From: a virus
Lineage: Duplodnaviria; Caudoviricetes
Length of the DNA stretch: 64,000 bases
Direction: 5' to 3' (one strand)
IMG/VR virus record: IMGVR_UViG_2825118518_000002
Location: 50,217 to 114,216 of that record
How positions within the stretch are numbered: the stretch's first letter is position 1; every line of letters begins with the position of its first letter. The translations under genes were made by a program, and so were the position numbers. The notes below the pieces were generated by a model. It had not been told where the DNA came from, did no database searches, and worked only from the letters and a program-made list of their open reading frames with translations. Shown here one piece after another: positions 9,111-17,239 of this stretch.

Positions 9111-9137
9111 GAAAAAGCCCTGCATTGCAGGGCTTTC
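9111..9137 (-). terminator. Rho-independent terminator downstream of the displaced tRNA 3' end
   Basis: On the minus strand: GAAAGCCCTGCA-A-TGCAGGGCTTTTTC. Confidence 0.8.
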
Positions 9138-9138
9138 A

Positions 9139-9187
9139 GCTGGTCGGAGTGGAGTGATTCGAACACTCGACCCCCACGTCCCGAACG
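9139..9187 (-). repeat. att core, left copy (displaced 3' half of tRNA-Pro)
   Basis: GCTGGTCGGAGTGGAGTGATTCGAACACTCGACCCCCACGTCCCGAACG, identical to 63249-63297. Confidence 0.97.
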
Positions 9188-9269
9188 GAGAAGGCTTCGC
9201 GAAAACCCAGCATTTCTGGGACAGGCGGTTTCTATTTGTTCTCGCCTGTTCCTATTCTGTCCAGCGAAA

Positions 9270-9287
9270 CGGTCCGCAAACGGTCCG
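9270..9287. repeat. Integrase arm-type site pair (left end)
   Basis: CGGTCCGCAAACGGTCCG, identical to 63160-63177 at the other prophage end. Confidence 0.85.
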
Positions 9288-9293
9288 GGAAGG

Positions 9294-9488
9294 ATGATTA
9301 TGAACGATCTCATCGAACGCATGGAAGCCCAAGCCGACATGCAAGGCCCGGAAGCTGAACTGCTGCGGGAGGGAGTTTTGAAGATCACGTACCTTCGCGA
9401 GGCATTGGCAACGTGGAGGCTTCTTGCACTGGTAATCGGCTCATATGGGGCCGGCTATATCGCTTACGATATCTGGAAGAGTCTTTGA
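9294..9488 (+). CDS. Small protein with C-terminal TM helix
   Basis: GGAAGG upstream; 64 aa. Confidence 0.5.
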   Translation: MIMNDLIERMEAQADMQGPEAELLREGVLKITYLREALATWRLLALVIGSYGAGYIAYDIWKSL

Positions 9489-9569
9489 AAAAGGCGAGGA
9501 ATGGCAAGACTTAATTCTTGCACAACATGCCCAATGTGATATCATGGGCCATTAGCACATGGAGCACAT

Positions 9570-9800
9570 ATGGAAAAGGAACTAAAAGACCAACGCGTCC
9601 CGGTCATGTTCTCTAAATCGGAACTGGAACTGATCGACGATTGGCGCTTCGCACATAGAGTTGGATCGAGAGCCGAAGCCATCCGGCGGCTCTGCCGGAA
9701 GCAACTCATCAAGGACCGCCGCCTGCTTGAGGATGGACGGATCAACAAGTTGATGGATGAGGCAGCTACCCACAACGTGGAAGAGGACAGCGGTCAATGA
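9570..9800 (+). CDS. Ribbon-helix-helix (CopG-like) DNA-binding protein
   Basis: RVPVMFSKSELELIDDWRFAHRVGSRAEAIRRL; GGAG RBS. Confidence 0.75.
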   Translation: MEKELKDQRVPVMFSKSELELIDDWRFAHRVGSRAEAIRRLCRKQLIKDRRLLEDGRINKLMDEAATHNVEEDSGQ

Positions 9801-10177
9801 CAGATCCGCGGACGATAAAATTCCAGTTGATGCTGGCTCAGTCTGACGCGGATCACATCGATGACTGGATGTTTGCTCGCCGCATTCGATCCAGAGCAGA
9901 AGCAATCCGTCAGCTATGCAGGGTCGCTACAAGCCTGCTTGATGAACGAGACATCATCGTTCGCCTTACAGATGAGCTCTGGCCCGCAATTCAAAACGAA
10001 GCCGATCGGCATGGCCGTTCCATGAGTGCTGAGATTGCCACATTACTGGAGCAGAAGAAATCTTCGCCTCGTGAGCGGAAGAACCGGGAGAAGGCGTTCG
10101 TAGACGGCGTGCGCGTCCTTATGGAGAGGTATCTAGAGCCCGAAAATGATAGCGGATATAAAATTGAAGACGTTTAA
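9797..10177 (+). CDS. Two-domain RHH + Arc-like DNA-binding protein
   Basis: KFQLMLAQSDADHIDDWMFARRIRSRAEAIRQL, then IIVRLTDELWPAIQNEADRHGRSMSAEI. Confidence 0.7.
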   Translation: MTDPRTIKFQLMLAQSDADHIDDWMFARRIRSRAEAIRQLCRVATSLLDERDIIVRLTDELWPAIQNEADRHGRSMSAEIATLLEQKKSSPRERKNREKAFVDGVRVLMERYLEPENDSGYKIEDV

Positions 10178-10237
10178 GGAAACGTCGCTATTCATGAGCA
10201 ATCGCGCCGCCCTCAAGGAGCATGAAGGATCGGGACT

Positions 10238-10480
10238 ATGAGCGACGAAACAAATTTCCGCAAAGAGCGCGTTGAAAAACTGCTTTATGAACTGCAATAC
10301 GAAGTGACGCGCGGCATAATGGAAGGAGACCTCGACGAGCACATGGGGTTTCTCTTCATGATAGGCGTGTCGAAGCAGATCAGTGATGGTGTTGTCGCGT
10401 GCGAGTTCAGAACGCGGCCAGTTCCCAGATATCATGTTTCGCCTGATGACCTTCAGCCGCGGCTTCGGGTTATCAAGTAA
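10238..10480 (+). CDS. Hypothetical protein
   Basis: 80 aa ORF with ATG. Confidence 0.55.
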   Translation: MSDETNFRKERVEKLLYELQYEVTRGIMEGDLDEHMGFLFMIGVSKQISDGVVACEFRTRPVPRYHVSPDDLQPRLRVIK

Positions 10481-10571
10481 TGCTGAACAGCCGCCGTCTC
10501 CACCTCCAAGCCTTTATCTTCGCCCTGATGTTTATCGGCTGGCTGGGGTATGAGGGGTGGAAGGCGATCGG

Positions 10572-11045
10572 CTAAGGCCGCACGACTGGCGTTCGCCATA
10601 GTGTCTTGTTCGCCCGCGTCTGCGCATCATCGAGCTTGCTGCTCAAGACCTCGACGCGGGTGGCAACCTTATTGATGCTCTCGATAGCGGTATCCAGTTT
10701 GCCACCGAGGGCTTCAACAACCCGATCGATCCTGGCGTTGGATGCCTCGATACCCTTCTTATTCTCCGCAACGCCTTCTAGAGCGCGCGTTGTTTGAAAT
10801 GTGAGAGGCGCGATGTCGGCCACGGCCTTGTTCAAATCGATGTCGGCCTTGATACCTCTGTCGGTTTCCGACTTGAGCTTATCCTGAATGTCCTGGATAT
10901 CCCGCTTCGTGTCGTTCCATGCGATAGAAGCCACTGCGACGTTTGCCAGGGTGGCGAAGGATATCCCGCCGATGACAACCAGCGTATTGAAGTTCCATTC
11001 GAACCTCTTGCTGCGTTCCGGTAGTTGCATGTTAGCTCCGTTCAT
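10572..11045 (-). CDS. Membrane-anchored coiled-coil protein (possible holin/lysis accessory)
   Basis: N-terminal TM (TLVVIGGISFATLANVAVASIAW) then long heptad repeat; end of the late strand. Confidence 0.6.
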   Translation of the reverse strand: MNGANMQLPERSKRFEWNFNTLVVIGGISFATLANVAVASIAWNDTKRDIQDIQDKLKSETDRGIKADIDLNKAVADIAPLTFQTTRALEGVAENKKGIEASNARIDRVVEALGGKLDTAIESINKVATRVEVLSSKLDDAQTRANKTLWRTPVVRP

Positions 11046-11189
11046 TCCCCGCGCCCTGTCCGTCTATGCCCTGCGAATTAATGAAATAGGAATGTCTGGC
11101 TGCCACTCTGCACTCAGCCGTCGCGATCCCGGTGATCGTGTGGTCAGACCGCCGCTCCTGTTACGAGCAGGTGTGGCGGTCGCTTGGTC

Positions 11190-11212
11190 AAAGAAAAACC
11201 GCCCGAAGGCGG
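11190..11212 (-). terminator. Rho-independent terminator of the late transcript
   Basis: On the minus strand: CCGCC-TTCG-GGCGG-TTTTTCTTT. Confidence 0.85.
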
Positions 11213-11471
11213 CCTATGGATGTCTGCGATGTGATTGCGCTCAGTCGTTCTTTGCCAGATACGCGGTTATAACCGGATAGCGTTCGTTAAGACTTTTGCG
11301 GATCGCGTCTTCGTCGCCCGCCATGAGCTTAGCCTCACGCCGGATTGCTTCGATGTCTTCGCGCCTCCGCAGCATGTTGCTGACATCTTTGGCGTCGATG
11401 CGCTTGCCCCAGAAACCGCCGCCGTTCTTTGCTCCGGAGTGTTCGGTCTTGATTGCCGGATATCCTCATGG

Positions 11472-11616
11472 AATTAAACGGGGGCGCTCTACCAGACTGA
11501 GCCACCTCGAAAGGAAGGGATTCGAACCCCTGACCTCCCCCGCCGCGTTGCGCTACCAGACTGCGCCACCATCCTGAGACAGGCCGGATTCGAACCGGCG
11601 ACCACCGCGTCAATTT
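11472..11616 (-). ncRNA. Candidate ncRNA: two tandem circularly permuted tRNA-like domains (YrlA/Y-RNA-like architecture)
   Basis: Two canonical T-arms (GCCGG-TTCGAAT-CCGGC; AGGGG-TTCGAAT-CCCTT), each followed by a loop-closed acceptor stub and then a D-arm (GCGC/GCTC-AGTCTGGTA-GCGC/GAGC); domains closed by CGCG/CGCG and CGGGGG/CCCCCG; outer AATTGA/TTAATT stem. Confidence 0.75.
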
Positions 11617-11628
11617 GATGATAGTCGA

Positions 11629-14154
11629 TCAAGCTACCTGCGGCAAGATCGGATGGTTCGTATCCCGAGCCAATAGCTTGGTGCGCAGCGTCGTATAATC
11701 GACCGTCTGAACGCTTACAGCGCCGTCGATCGCCATCGAGGCGATAACGCCCGCCGCCTCGCCCTTGAGGCCGCCGGTGGGCTCCAGACGCCCCATGTAC
11801 CAGCAGAGGATCGTGCACGAGGATGCCCAAGGAACAATGACATTGGTCTTCGTTGCGGCGTCTGGAACGATCTCCTCAAGAGGGACAGGGGCAATCTTGT
11901 CGGCGCCAGCCACAAGCGAGCCTGGAACGCTGCCCTGCGTATAGAGCAGGCCACCAGATGCGACCTTCCACGGCGGGTGCTTGTCGCAATCATATGAGGT
12001 GACAGCCACCGTCTTGTCGGAGCGGAGGGCCGAACCGTCCGTCTTGCAGTAGTCCTGCGCGGTCGAGACATAGCCCGTATTCTTGAGCCGCCAGATCGGG
12101 TCGCGCTGATACGGGCGGTTAGGCCAGAAGAGCAGCCCACCGGGGCCGGGGTCAAGGAAGGTTCCAGCATCAAGACCAAAGCCTTGGAACTGCGTTACCA
12201 GTGTCCCAGGAATGCGGCTGTCACCGGAATTTGCGTGCCACCAGAACCACCCGAGCTGATAATCCCTCAGATCGTCGATGACGGCAAGCTGCGCTGCCCG
12301 GTTCGCTGCGGTCGCATAGCGATAGCCGCTGCCTGGCAAGTCGGTCGACAGGCCACCGGAACCGTTGTTCACGTCCATCTTGTTCGTCGAGCCGCCGACC
12401 GCGAACTGCAGGATGGTCGTGGTAACGGCCGGATTGCCGATCGTGACGCTGGGGTTGAGGACATAGGCGCGGGCCGCTGTCTCGTAGCGCAGGGAATTAT
12501 AATTCCGATGTGGGTCCATTGTGGTGACAGGAACCAAGCGCGCCGGGTCGGTCGTCATCGCAAGGCGGTAGTTCATGCTTTCGATCGATGGATCAACACC
12601 ATCGACGGTAAGGCCGGGAAGCGGCATTTCGCCTTGGATGTCAGGCAGCAGGCCAGATGCCTGAACGCCATCCGTGATGTAGGGGCTGATATCCGAGCCA
12701 TAGGGCTTGCTGAGAGCGCTTGATCCCTTGTAGCCGTTGTTGGCTTCCGAGCCGGCGCCGGCCGCCTCGCTGCCCGTGAATGTCGGAATACCGGACGATT
12801 TGTGGATGTATTCCCCGTCATAGTCCGCGGCGATGAACTGCCGAGCCGTGAAGGTCCGCCCGTCGTTGGTCTTCAGCGCAGTGTCCGTGGTGCCGACAGA
12901 GGTGATGGACTGGATGCCGGTGGAGAAGTAGACCGGGATATCCTGCCCGAGAATAAGCGTGCCGTTCGTCCGGGTCGGGTCGAGCATCCGGCGCACACCC
13001 TGGACGAACTGCCAGCTTTCAACAGAGTTGCCGGTCTGTGTGTTCGTGTCGGCGCGGTTGATGATGGTGCTGTTGACCCACGATGTGAGGTCTCGATAGA
13101 GTCCCTTGAGCGCCGTGAAGTTGTAGCAGTCCACGTAGGCCAGGCCCGACGCCGGCATGCCGCCGATATCCCAATCGGTCTTTGCCAGATCGTCGAGAAC
13201 GAGGGCAACGGTCTTGCCTTCCTGTTTGGCGGCATAGGCAGCACAAACAGCCGTCCAGCTCGCGCCGTAAACGAGAACGTCATAATCGGCCGTCGTCGGG
13301 GCATAGCCCGCAGCATAGGTGTCCACATACCCAAAGCGGATTTTGTAGTAATAATCCAGCAGCGCCGCGCTGATTTCCCGGCATTGCGCATCGTTCAGGG
13401 TCACGTCGAAGATGGCGAAGAGGCCGCAGTCCTTGGTTGAAAGTGCGCCGCCATTGATGCCGCCGAGGTGAATTGTCGGGTTGGTCGCGGGAGAGACATA
13501 GGTGGGTGACGGGGCTTCGCGGGTGATGCCGAAGGTATCAAGGCTATTCGGGCGGATGCTGTGCATGCCTTGGCCTGGGGTGATCGTCGTCGAGGTCGAG
13601 ACGTAGTTCGTAGCCTGCAGGCGCGCGTTGAACTTGCTGGACGCGTCTTTTGTGTTTGCCCCAATACCATCACCGCCGGCCGTCTGTGCGCCGAATTCAC
13701 CACTGCTGCCGCCTGTCGAGGTCCGCGAATAGTAGAATATGGTGAACTGCCCCTGAGAGAAGCTCTGAAGCCCAATGCCGGTGTTGTATTTTGCAGTAGA
13801 AGTCCACCCGCTCCAACGGTCGTTTGCCGTATAGGTCGGCACGCCTGCACCGGTCAGCGTGAGGTCGTTCGTGCCTGGGTGGAACTTGTTCAGTCTGCTA
13901 TTGATCTCAGTCGGCGTATCCGGGGTGTAGAGGGCTTTGGCATTCGTCATGCTTATGCCAGCGCCCTTGATGCGCGTGATCAGGCGATCGTAGGCCAGCT
14001 TCTCCGAGCGGCGCATGGTGATGCCCTGCGCTGCCTTGGCCGTCTCCAGCGTTGTCGTTTCAGATTGGAACGTGAAAGCAGGAAGCGATGCACTGCCACC
14101 ACCTCCGCCCAACTGGTTGGTGATGCCGAGGCTGAGTGCTAACGTCGTGCTCAT
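11629..14154 (-). CDS. FAD-dependent oxidoreductase family protein with N-terminal beta-rich (virion/lectin-like) domain
   Basis: YDVLVYGASWTAVCAAYAAKQEGKTVALV, IGGMPASGL, FIAADYDGE, P-L-E-E-I-V-P...NVIVP motifs; 841 aa. Confidence 0.7.
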   Translation of the reverse strand: MSTTLALSLGITNQLGGGGGSASLPAFTFQSETTTLETAKAAQGITMRRSEKLAYDRLITRIKGAGISMTNAKALYTPDTPTEINSRLNKFHPGTNDLTLTGAGVPTYTANDRWSGWTSTAKYNTGIGLQSFSQGQFTIFYYSRTSTGGSSGEFGAQTAGGDGIGANTKDASSKFNARLQATNYVSTSTTITPGQGMHSIRPNSLDTFGITREAPSPTYVSPATNPTIHLGGINGGALSTKDCGLFAIFDVTLNDAQCREISAALLDYYYKIRFGYVDTYAAGYAPTTADYDVLVYGASWTAVCAAYAAKQEGKTVALVLDDLAKTDWDIGGMPASGLAYVDCYNFTALKGLYRDLTSWVNSTIINRADTNTQTGNSVESWQFVQGVRRMLDPTRTNGTLILGQDIPVYFSTGIQSITSVGTTDTALKTNDGRTFTARQFIAADYDGEYIHKSSGIPTFTGSEAAGAGSEANNGYKGSSALSKPYGSDISPYITDGVQASGLLPDIQGEMPLPGLTVDGVDPSIESMNYRLAMTTDPARLVPVTTMDPHRNYNSLRYETAARAYVLNPSVTIGNPAVTTTILQFAVGGSTNKMDVNNGSGGLSTDLPGSGYRYATAANRAAQLAVIDDLRDYQLGWFWWHANSGDSRIPGTLVTQFQGFGLDAGTFLDPGPGGLLFWPNRPYQRDPIWRLKNTGYVSTAQDYCKTDGSALRSDKTVAVTSYDCDKHPPWKVASGGLLYTQGSVPGSLVAGADKIAPVPLEEIVPDAATKTNVIVPWASSCTILCWYMGRLEPTGGLKGEAAGVIASMAIDGAVSVQTVDYTTLRTKLLARDTNHPILPQVA

Positions 14155-14160
14155 GGGCGC

Positions 14161-14379
14161 TTACTTTCGGCAGGCCGGCAGCGTGTCGCACGTCTGGTTA
14201 TGTGCGACGATCTGCTTGGCGAAGGGGATATCGTGGGCGATGATGTATTGCCGTGTGCCGGCCGATGGGGTTAGGCGCTCGAACCCGGCGCCGTCATTCG
14301 CAGAGGTTGTCGCTTGGCACCCAGACACCGCCAAGCCGGCGGCAAATATCAGCGGGAGAGAGCTTGCCGATCTCAGCAT
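14161..14379 (-). CDS. Outer-membrane spanin lipoprotein (Rz1-like)
   Basis: Overlaps the Rz-like gene; lipobox VSGC; AHNQTC...C. Confidence 0.7.
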   Translation of the reverse strand: MLRSASSLPLIFAAGLAVSGCQATTSANDGAGFERLTPSAGTRQYIIAHDIPFAKQIVAHNQTCDTLPACRK

Positions 14380-14572
14380 TGGTCTTACCTCGTTCTTTGA
14401 TGAGTTCCATGGACTTCTGAAGGGCGGCAGTGCGCTCGGCATCCCTGCCCTCATTGCGGGCCGCAGGAAGCCACCAGACAGCGTTGATGACGATAAGGAT
14501 GGATGCGGCGGCCAAAGCCCCGGCAAGCGCTGCAGCGGGCAGCTTGAGGGAGTCAGGGATGAACGACAGCAT
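14294..14572 (-). CDS. Inner-membrane spanin (Rz-like)
   Basis: N-terminal TM, helical periplasmic part, C-terminal Cys pair; follows the lysin. Confidence 0.7.
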   Translation of the reverse strand: MLSFIPDSLKLPAAALAGALAAASILIVINAVWWLPAARNEGRDAERTAALQKSMELIKERGKTNAEIGKLSPADICRRLGGVWVPSDNLCE

Positions 14573-15540
14573 CAGCTTTCAACCGCCTCGCGAATGTCCT
14601 TGATCGCCGCAATGATGTAGTGTCGCAAGACAAGGCCGCTGATTGCGACAATCAGGATGGCCCCGATGATGATCGCGAGCGCACGCCAATCGAACCCGGT
14701 TAGTGCCGCGACACCGAGACCGCCGCCGCCGCCGAATGCGCTGCCGGCCCAGCCGAGAAGGCTGAATTTCTTCTTGACCTGTCGTTCAACCGCCGTTGGC
14801 ACGACGGGCTTTTCTTCGACGACAGGAGCCGCCATGAATGCTGCCTGCTTTGTCGATGAGCCGGATATAGCGAGAAGAGCTTTGTGCAGCTCTGCGCGAG
14901 TCTTCGGACCTACGTCCCCGTCTGCGGCAATGCCTGCCTTCGTTTGGAACTGCTCGACGGCTTCTGGTGCGAACCCGAGGACGACCAGCGCCAGTCGTGC
15001 ATAGTGATCGATACGGTCTGCGAGCCCGTTGATGCCACCGTTGATCTTCTTAGTGATCGTCTCGATGTCGCCCTGATCGGCCCATCGGTTCAAATGGCGC
15101 GTATCCCAGTACCAGAGAGGAGCCAGTCCTTCCCATGGGTCAGTATTGACGAGATCGGGGCTGGCAACAAAATCCGGCGGGTTCAGGTTGTTTCCGTCGC
15201 ACCATTCGTAGAATTCCCGATAGTTCGCCTTCCCGGTGATCTGGACGGCTGTCCGGCCGGCATAGAGCTTGCCGTCCCCATCGGTCGCAGGTGTATTGCC
15301 GAGGTCGGCCCGCGTATCGTAGCGCTTCTGTGCGGCTGTCGGGCCCCAGATTTCACGGTCAAAGCGAAAGTCACCGCTCTCGTGCATGATCTGGGCATAG
15401 TACTGGACAGCGCGATGAGGCAGATCCAGACCGAAAATAGATCCGTATTGGTCCATCGCTTGAAGCACGGAATTGAGATTGGCAACATTTACCGGCCCGT
15501 TTGCGGCCGCACGAAGTTGCTGAGCGGTGATGCTGCTCAT
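14572..15540 (-). CDS. Glycoside hydrolase family 19 endolysin with PG-binding domain and C-terminal TM helices
   Basis: AQIMHESG, YAGRTAVQITGKANY, ITKKINGGINGLADR, FQ..AGIAADGDVGPKT. Confidence 0.9.
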   Translation of the reverse strand: MSSITAQQLRAAANGPVNVANLNSVLQAMDQYGSIFGLDLPHRAVQYYAQIMHESGDFRFDREIWGPTAAQKRYDTRADLGNTPATDGDGKLYAGRTAVQITGKANYREFYEWCDGNNLNPPDFVASPDLVNTDPWEGLAPLWYWDTRHLNRWADQGDIETITKKINGGINGLADRIDHYARLALVVLGFAPEAVEQFQTKAGIAADGDVGPKTRAELHKALLAISGSSTKQAAFMAAPVVEEKPVVPTAVERQVKKKFSLLGWAGSAFGGGGGLGVAALTGFDWRALAIIIGAILIVAISGLVLRHYIIAAIKDIREAVES

Positions 15541-15620
15541 GGAAGGCTCCAGATTGTGGATATGGCAAAAGGCCCGCTGCCAAGGGCAACGAGCTAGGTG
15601 GCTTCGATGATGTGGAATGC

Positions 15621-16478
15621 TTAGAGGTTCAGCGCTGCCTTGAGGGCGGCAACTGCCAGGGTGGCGCGCTGCTCGGCGCCAGCTTCATTCAGGTGGGTGT
15701 TATCGTACCGGCCGGATGGGCCGATCAGCTCGACGTTCTCGCCGGCAAACACAGTGCTGTTGTTCACGACGCTCGCCTGAGCAGCAAGGATGCCGGCATT
15801 CGTGTTGCCGTAGTAGTAGGCTTCCTGGGCGACGAGGACAGGGCAGCCAGGAATGGCGCGGTTGAATTCGGCAATCACCTTCTGCAGGCTTGCGGCATAG
15901 GAAGCTTGCGAGGTGTTGGCGGCGGTGTCGCTCTCGCCCTGCCCCCACATGATTGCGGTGCATGGGAGGCCGGCGTCTCGGATGCGAAGCCCAACCGTGT
16001 TGATGATGTTGAACAGGTATGGAGCTTGCGAGGGATCGGCCCATTGCCCGACGCGGGTATTTCCAACCGCCATAGGAACGAGGATGACGCGATCATAATG
16101 TCCATCGGAAATGAGTTTATCGGCCATCCGCATCATCCACGTGCCGCGCTGGTCCGTCACCGTGCCGCCGCTGACGTTGATGCCGAGCAGCGGGTCTTTG
16201 GCCTTGTAGAGCTTGCCGTCATGGATATTGATCTGGTCGATATTCGTGTTGACCGGGACATATGGCGTCGGCACTTCGTTGACGCTCAAGGACTGCCCGA
16301 TAACGACGATGACGGCGGTATTGCTGAGATCGCCCTTCGGAACCTCAATGCGGCCTGTCAGGTCAAGGACAGGATCAGCCCCGGTAATGACTGAGCCGGG
16401 GGGATAGATGTAATACGCCTTCTCGCTAGTATAGCGATTGTAGGCCAGACCTGAGCCCCCGAAGAGCATGGCAGCCAT
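15621..16478 (-). CDS. SGNH/sialate O-acetylesterase-like carbohydrate esterase (tail-associated)
   Basis: VIGQSL, MAVGNT, WGQGESD and DNTHLN blocks. Confidence 0.85.
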   Translation of the reverse strand: MAAMLFGGSGLAYNRYTSEKAYYIYPPGSVITGADPVLDLTGRIEVPKGDLSNTAVIVVIGQSLSVNEVPTPYVPVNTNIDQINIHDGKLYKAKDPLLGINVSGGTVTDQRGTWMMRMADKLISDGHYDRVILVPMAVGNTRVGQWADPSQAPYLFNIINTVGLRIRDAGLPCTAIMWGQGESDTAANTSQASYAASLQKVIAEFNRAIPGCPVLVAQEAYYYGNTNAGILAAQASVVNNSTVFAGENVELIGPSGRYDNTHLNEAGAEQRATLAVAALKAALNL

Positions 16479-17239
16479 CAAAGCACCACCGAGCCGATAA
16501 TGCCGGTTTGGTAGCCGCAAGGTTGCCCTCCATCGCCGAACCAAGTCTGTGTGCCTCCATTGCCGCGTTCAAGCCACCGCAATTCATGGTAGCCGATCCC
16601 GACGTATCCAGCATATCTTGCCCACGCTGGCAAGACGGGAAACGCGCTACCGGCAGCGGCTGGGTTTTTCACCTGGGAAATATCGGAAGCCGAGGTATCC
16701 AAGCCGATCCCGACGAAGCCCGCAACCGCCGATGCAGCGCCGTTGATCATATAGGCTGAGGCCGTCACATCCACCATTCGCCCAGAGACGCCACAGAAGA
16801 CTTCGATCTGGTTCAGCGGGTTGTTGTTGGCCTGCCGCCATTGCGCTGCAGAATAAACCCAAGAGTCCGCGGTATCGACACGGCAGACCGGCACGAGGGT
16901 CGCGTCTTCAAGACTCCAGACCAGCCGTGATTGTTTGGTGCTGCGCGTCTGTCCCGCAGCGTGGCAATGAAACCCGCCGACAAGATGGGCGTCTCCGGTC
17001 GCAATCCCGGCGAACGCGGAGGCATTGACGATATCATCGCCGCTCCGAACCACCTGCAGATCCCGGGTCGTGCTGTTCGTCCAAGCCGGGCCGATGACCA
17101 GCCCACCTGAGGTCAGGAAGACGTCGTAGTTCTTGCCCAACACAGCCGATGACAGGTCAAGTGTTTGACTGCCGTAGAACAGTGTGCCGGTGGTGACATC
17201 TGTTTCTGGAAATTCTTCAATCGAAACGGAAAGTCTCAT
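16478..17239 (-). CDS. Tail fibre/receptor-binding accessory protein
   Basis: 253 aa beta-rich; translationally coupled to neighbours; WRQANNNPLNQIE motif of tail proteins. Confidence 0.6.
   Translation of the reverse strand: MRLSVSIEEFPETDVTTGTLFYGSQTLDLSSAVLGKNYDVFLTSGGLVIGPAWTNSTTRDLQVVRSGDDIVNASAFAGIATGDAHLVGGFHCHAAGQTRSTKQSRLVWSLEDATLVPVCRVDTADSWVYSAAQWRQANNNPLNQIEVFCGVSGRMVDVTASAYMINGAASAVAGFVGIGLDTSASDISQVKNPAAAGSAFPVLPAWARYAGYVGIGYHELRWLERGNGGTQTWFGDGGQPCGYQTGIIGSVVL

Larger units (their letters stand above)
1..9138. mobile_element. Right-hand (lysis/cargo) end of a second prophage-like element abutting the tRNA-Pro 3' fragment; extends beyond the left window edge
   Basis: Contains GH108 lysin, holin- and spanin-like genes and a T5 A1-like gene, but no housekeeping genes; arm-type repeats (CCGACGG x2, CAATCTGTCGGT x2) lie next to the att core and differ from those of the main prophage. 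Confidence 0.7.

Noticed and set aside
9139-9187. Second tRNA-Pro gene
   Set aside because: Only the 3' 47 nt are present (no D-arm or 5' acceptor strand); it is the att duplication.
9238-9262. LexA box at the left prophage end
   Set aside because: GTTC-N6-GTTC spacing is wrong and the alternative GTTC-N7-GTCC is mismatched; it lies within the att arm region.
11505-11575. A conventional tRNA gene read from the D-arm of domain 1 to the T-arm of domain 2
   Set aside because: The would-be anticodon arm (ACGCG-GC-GGGGG) cannot form a stem-loop, the acceptor pairing is poor and there is no CCA; the permuted pairing explains every stem better.
11335-11613. 92-aa ORF spanning the tRNA-like element
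   Set aside because: TTG start without RBS and translation of obvious T-/D-arm sequence; RNA structure explains the sequence better.
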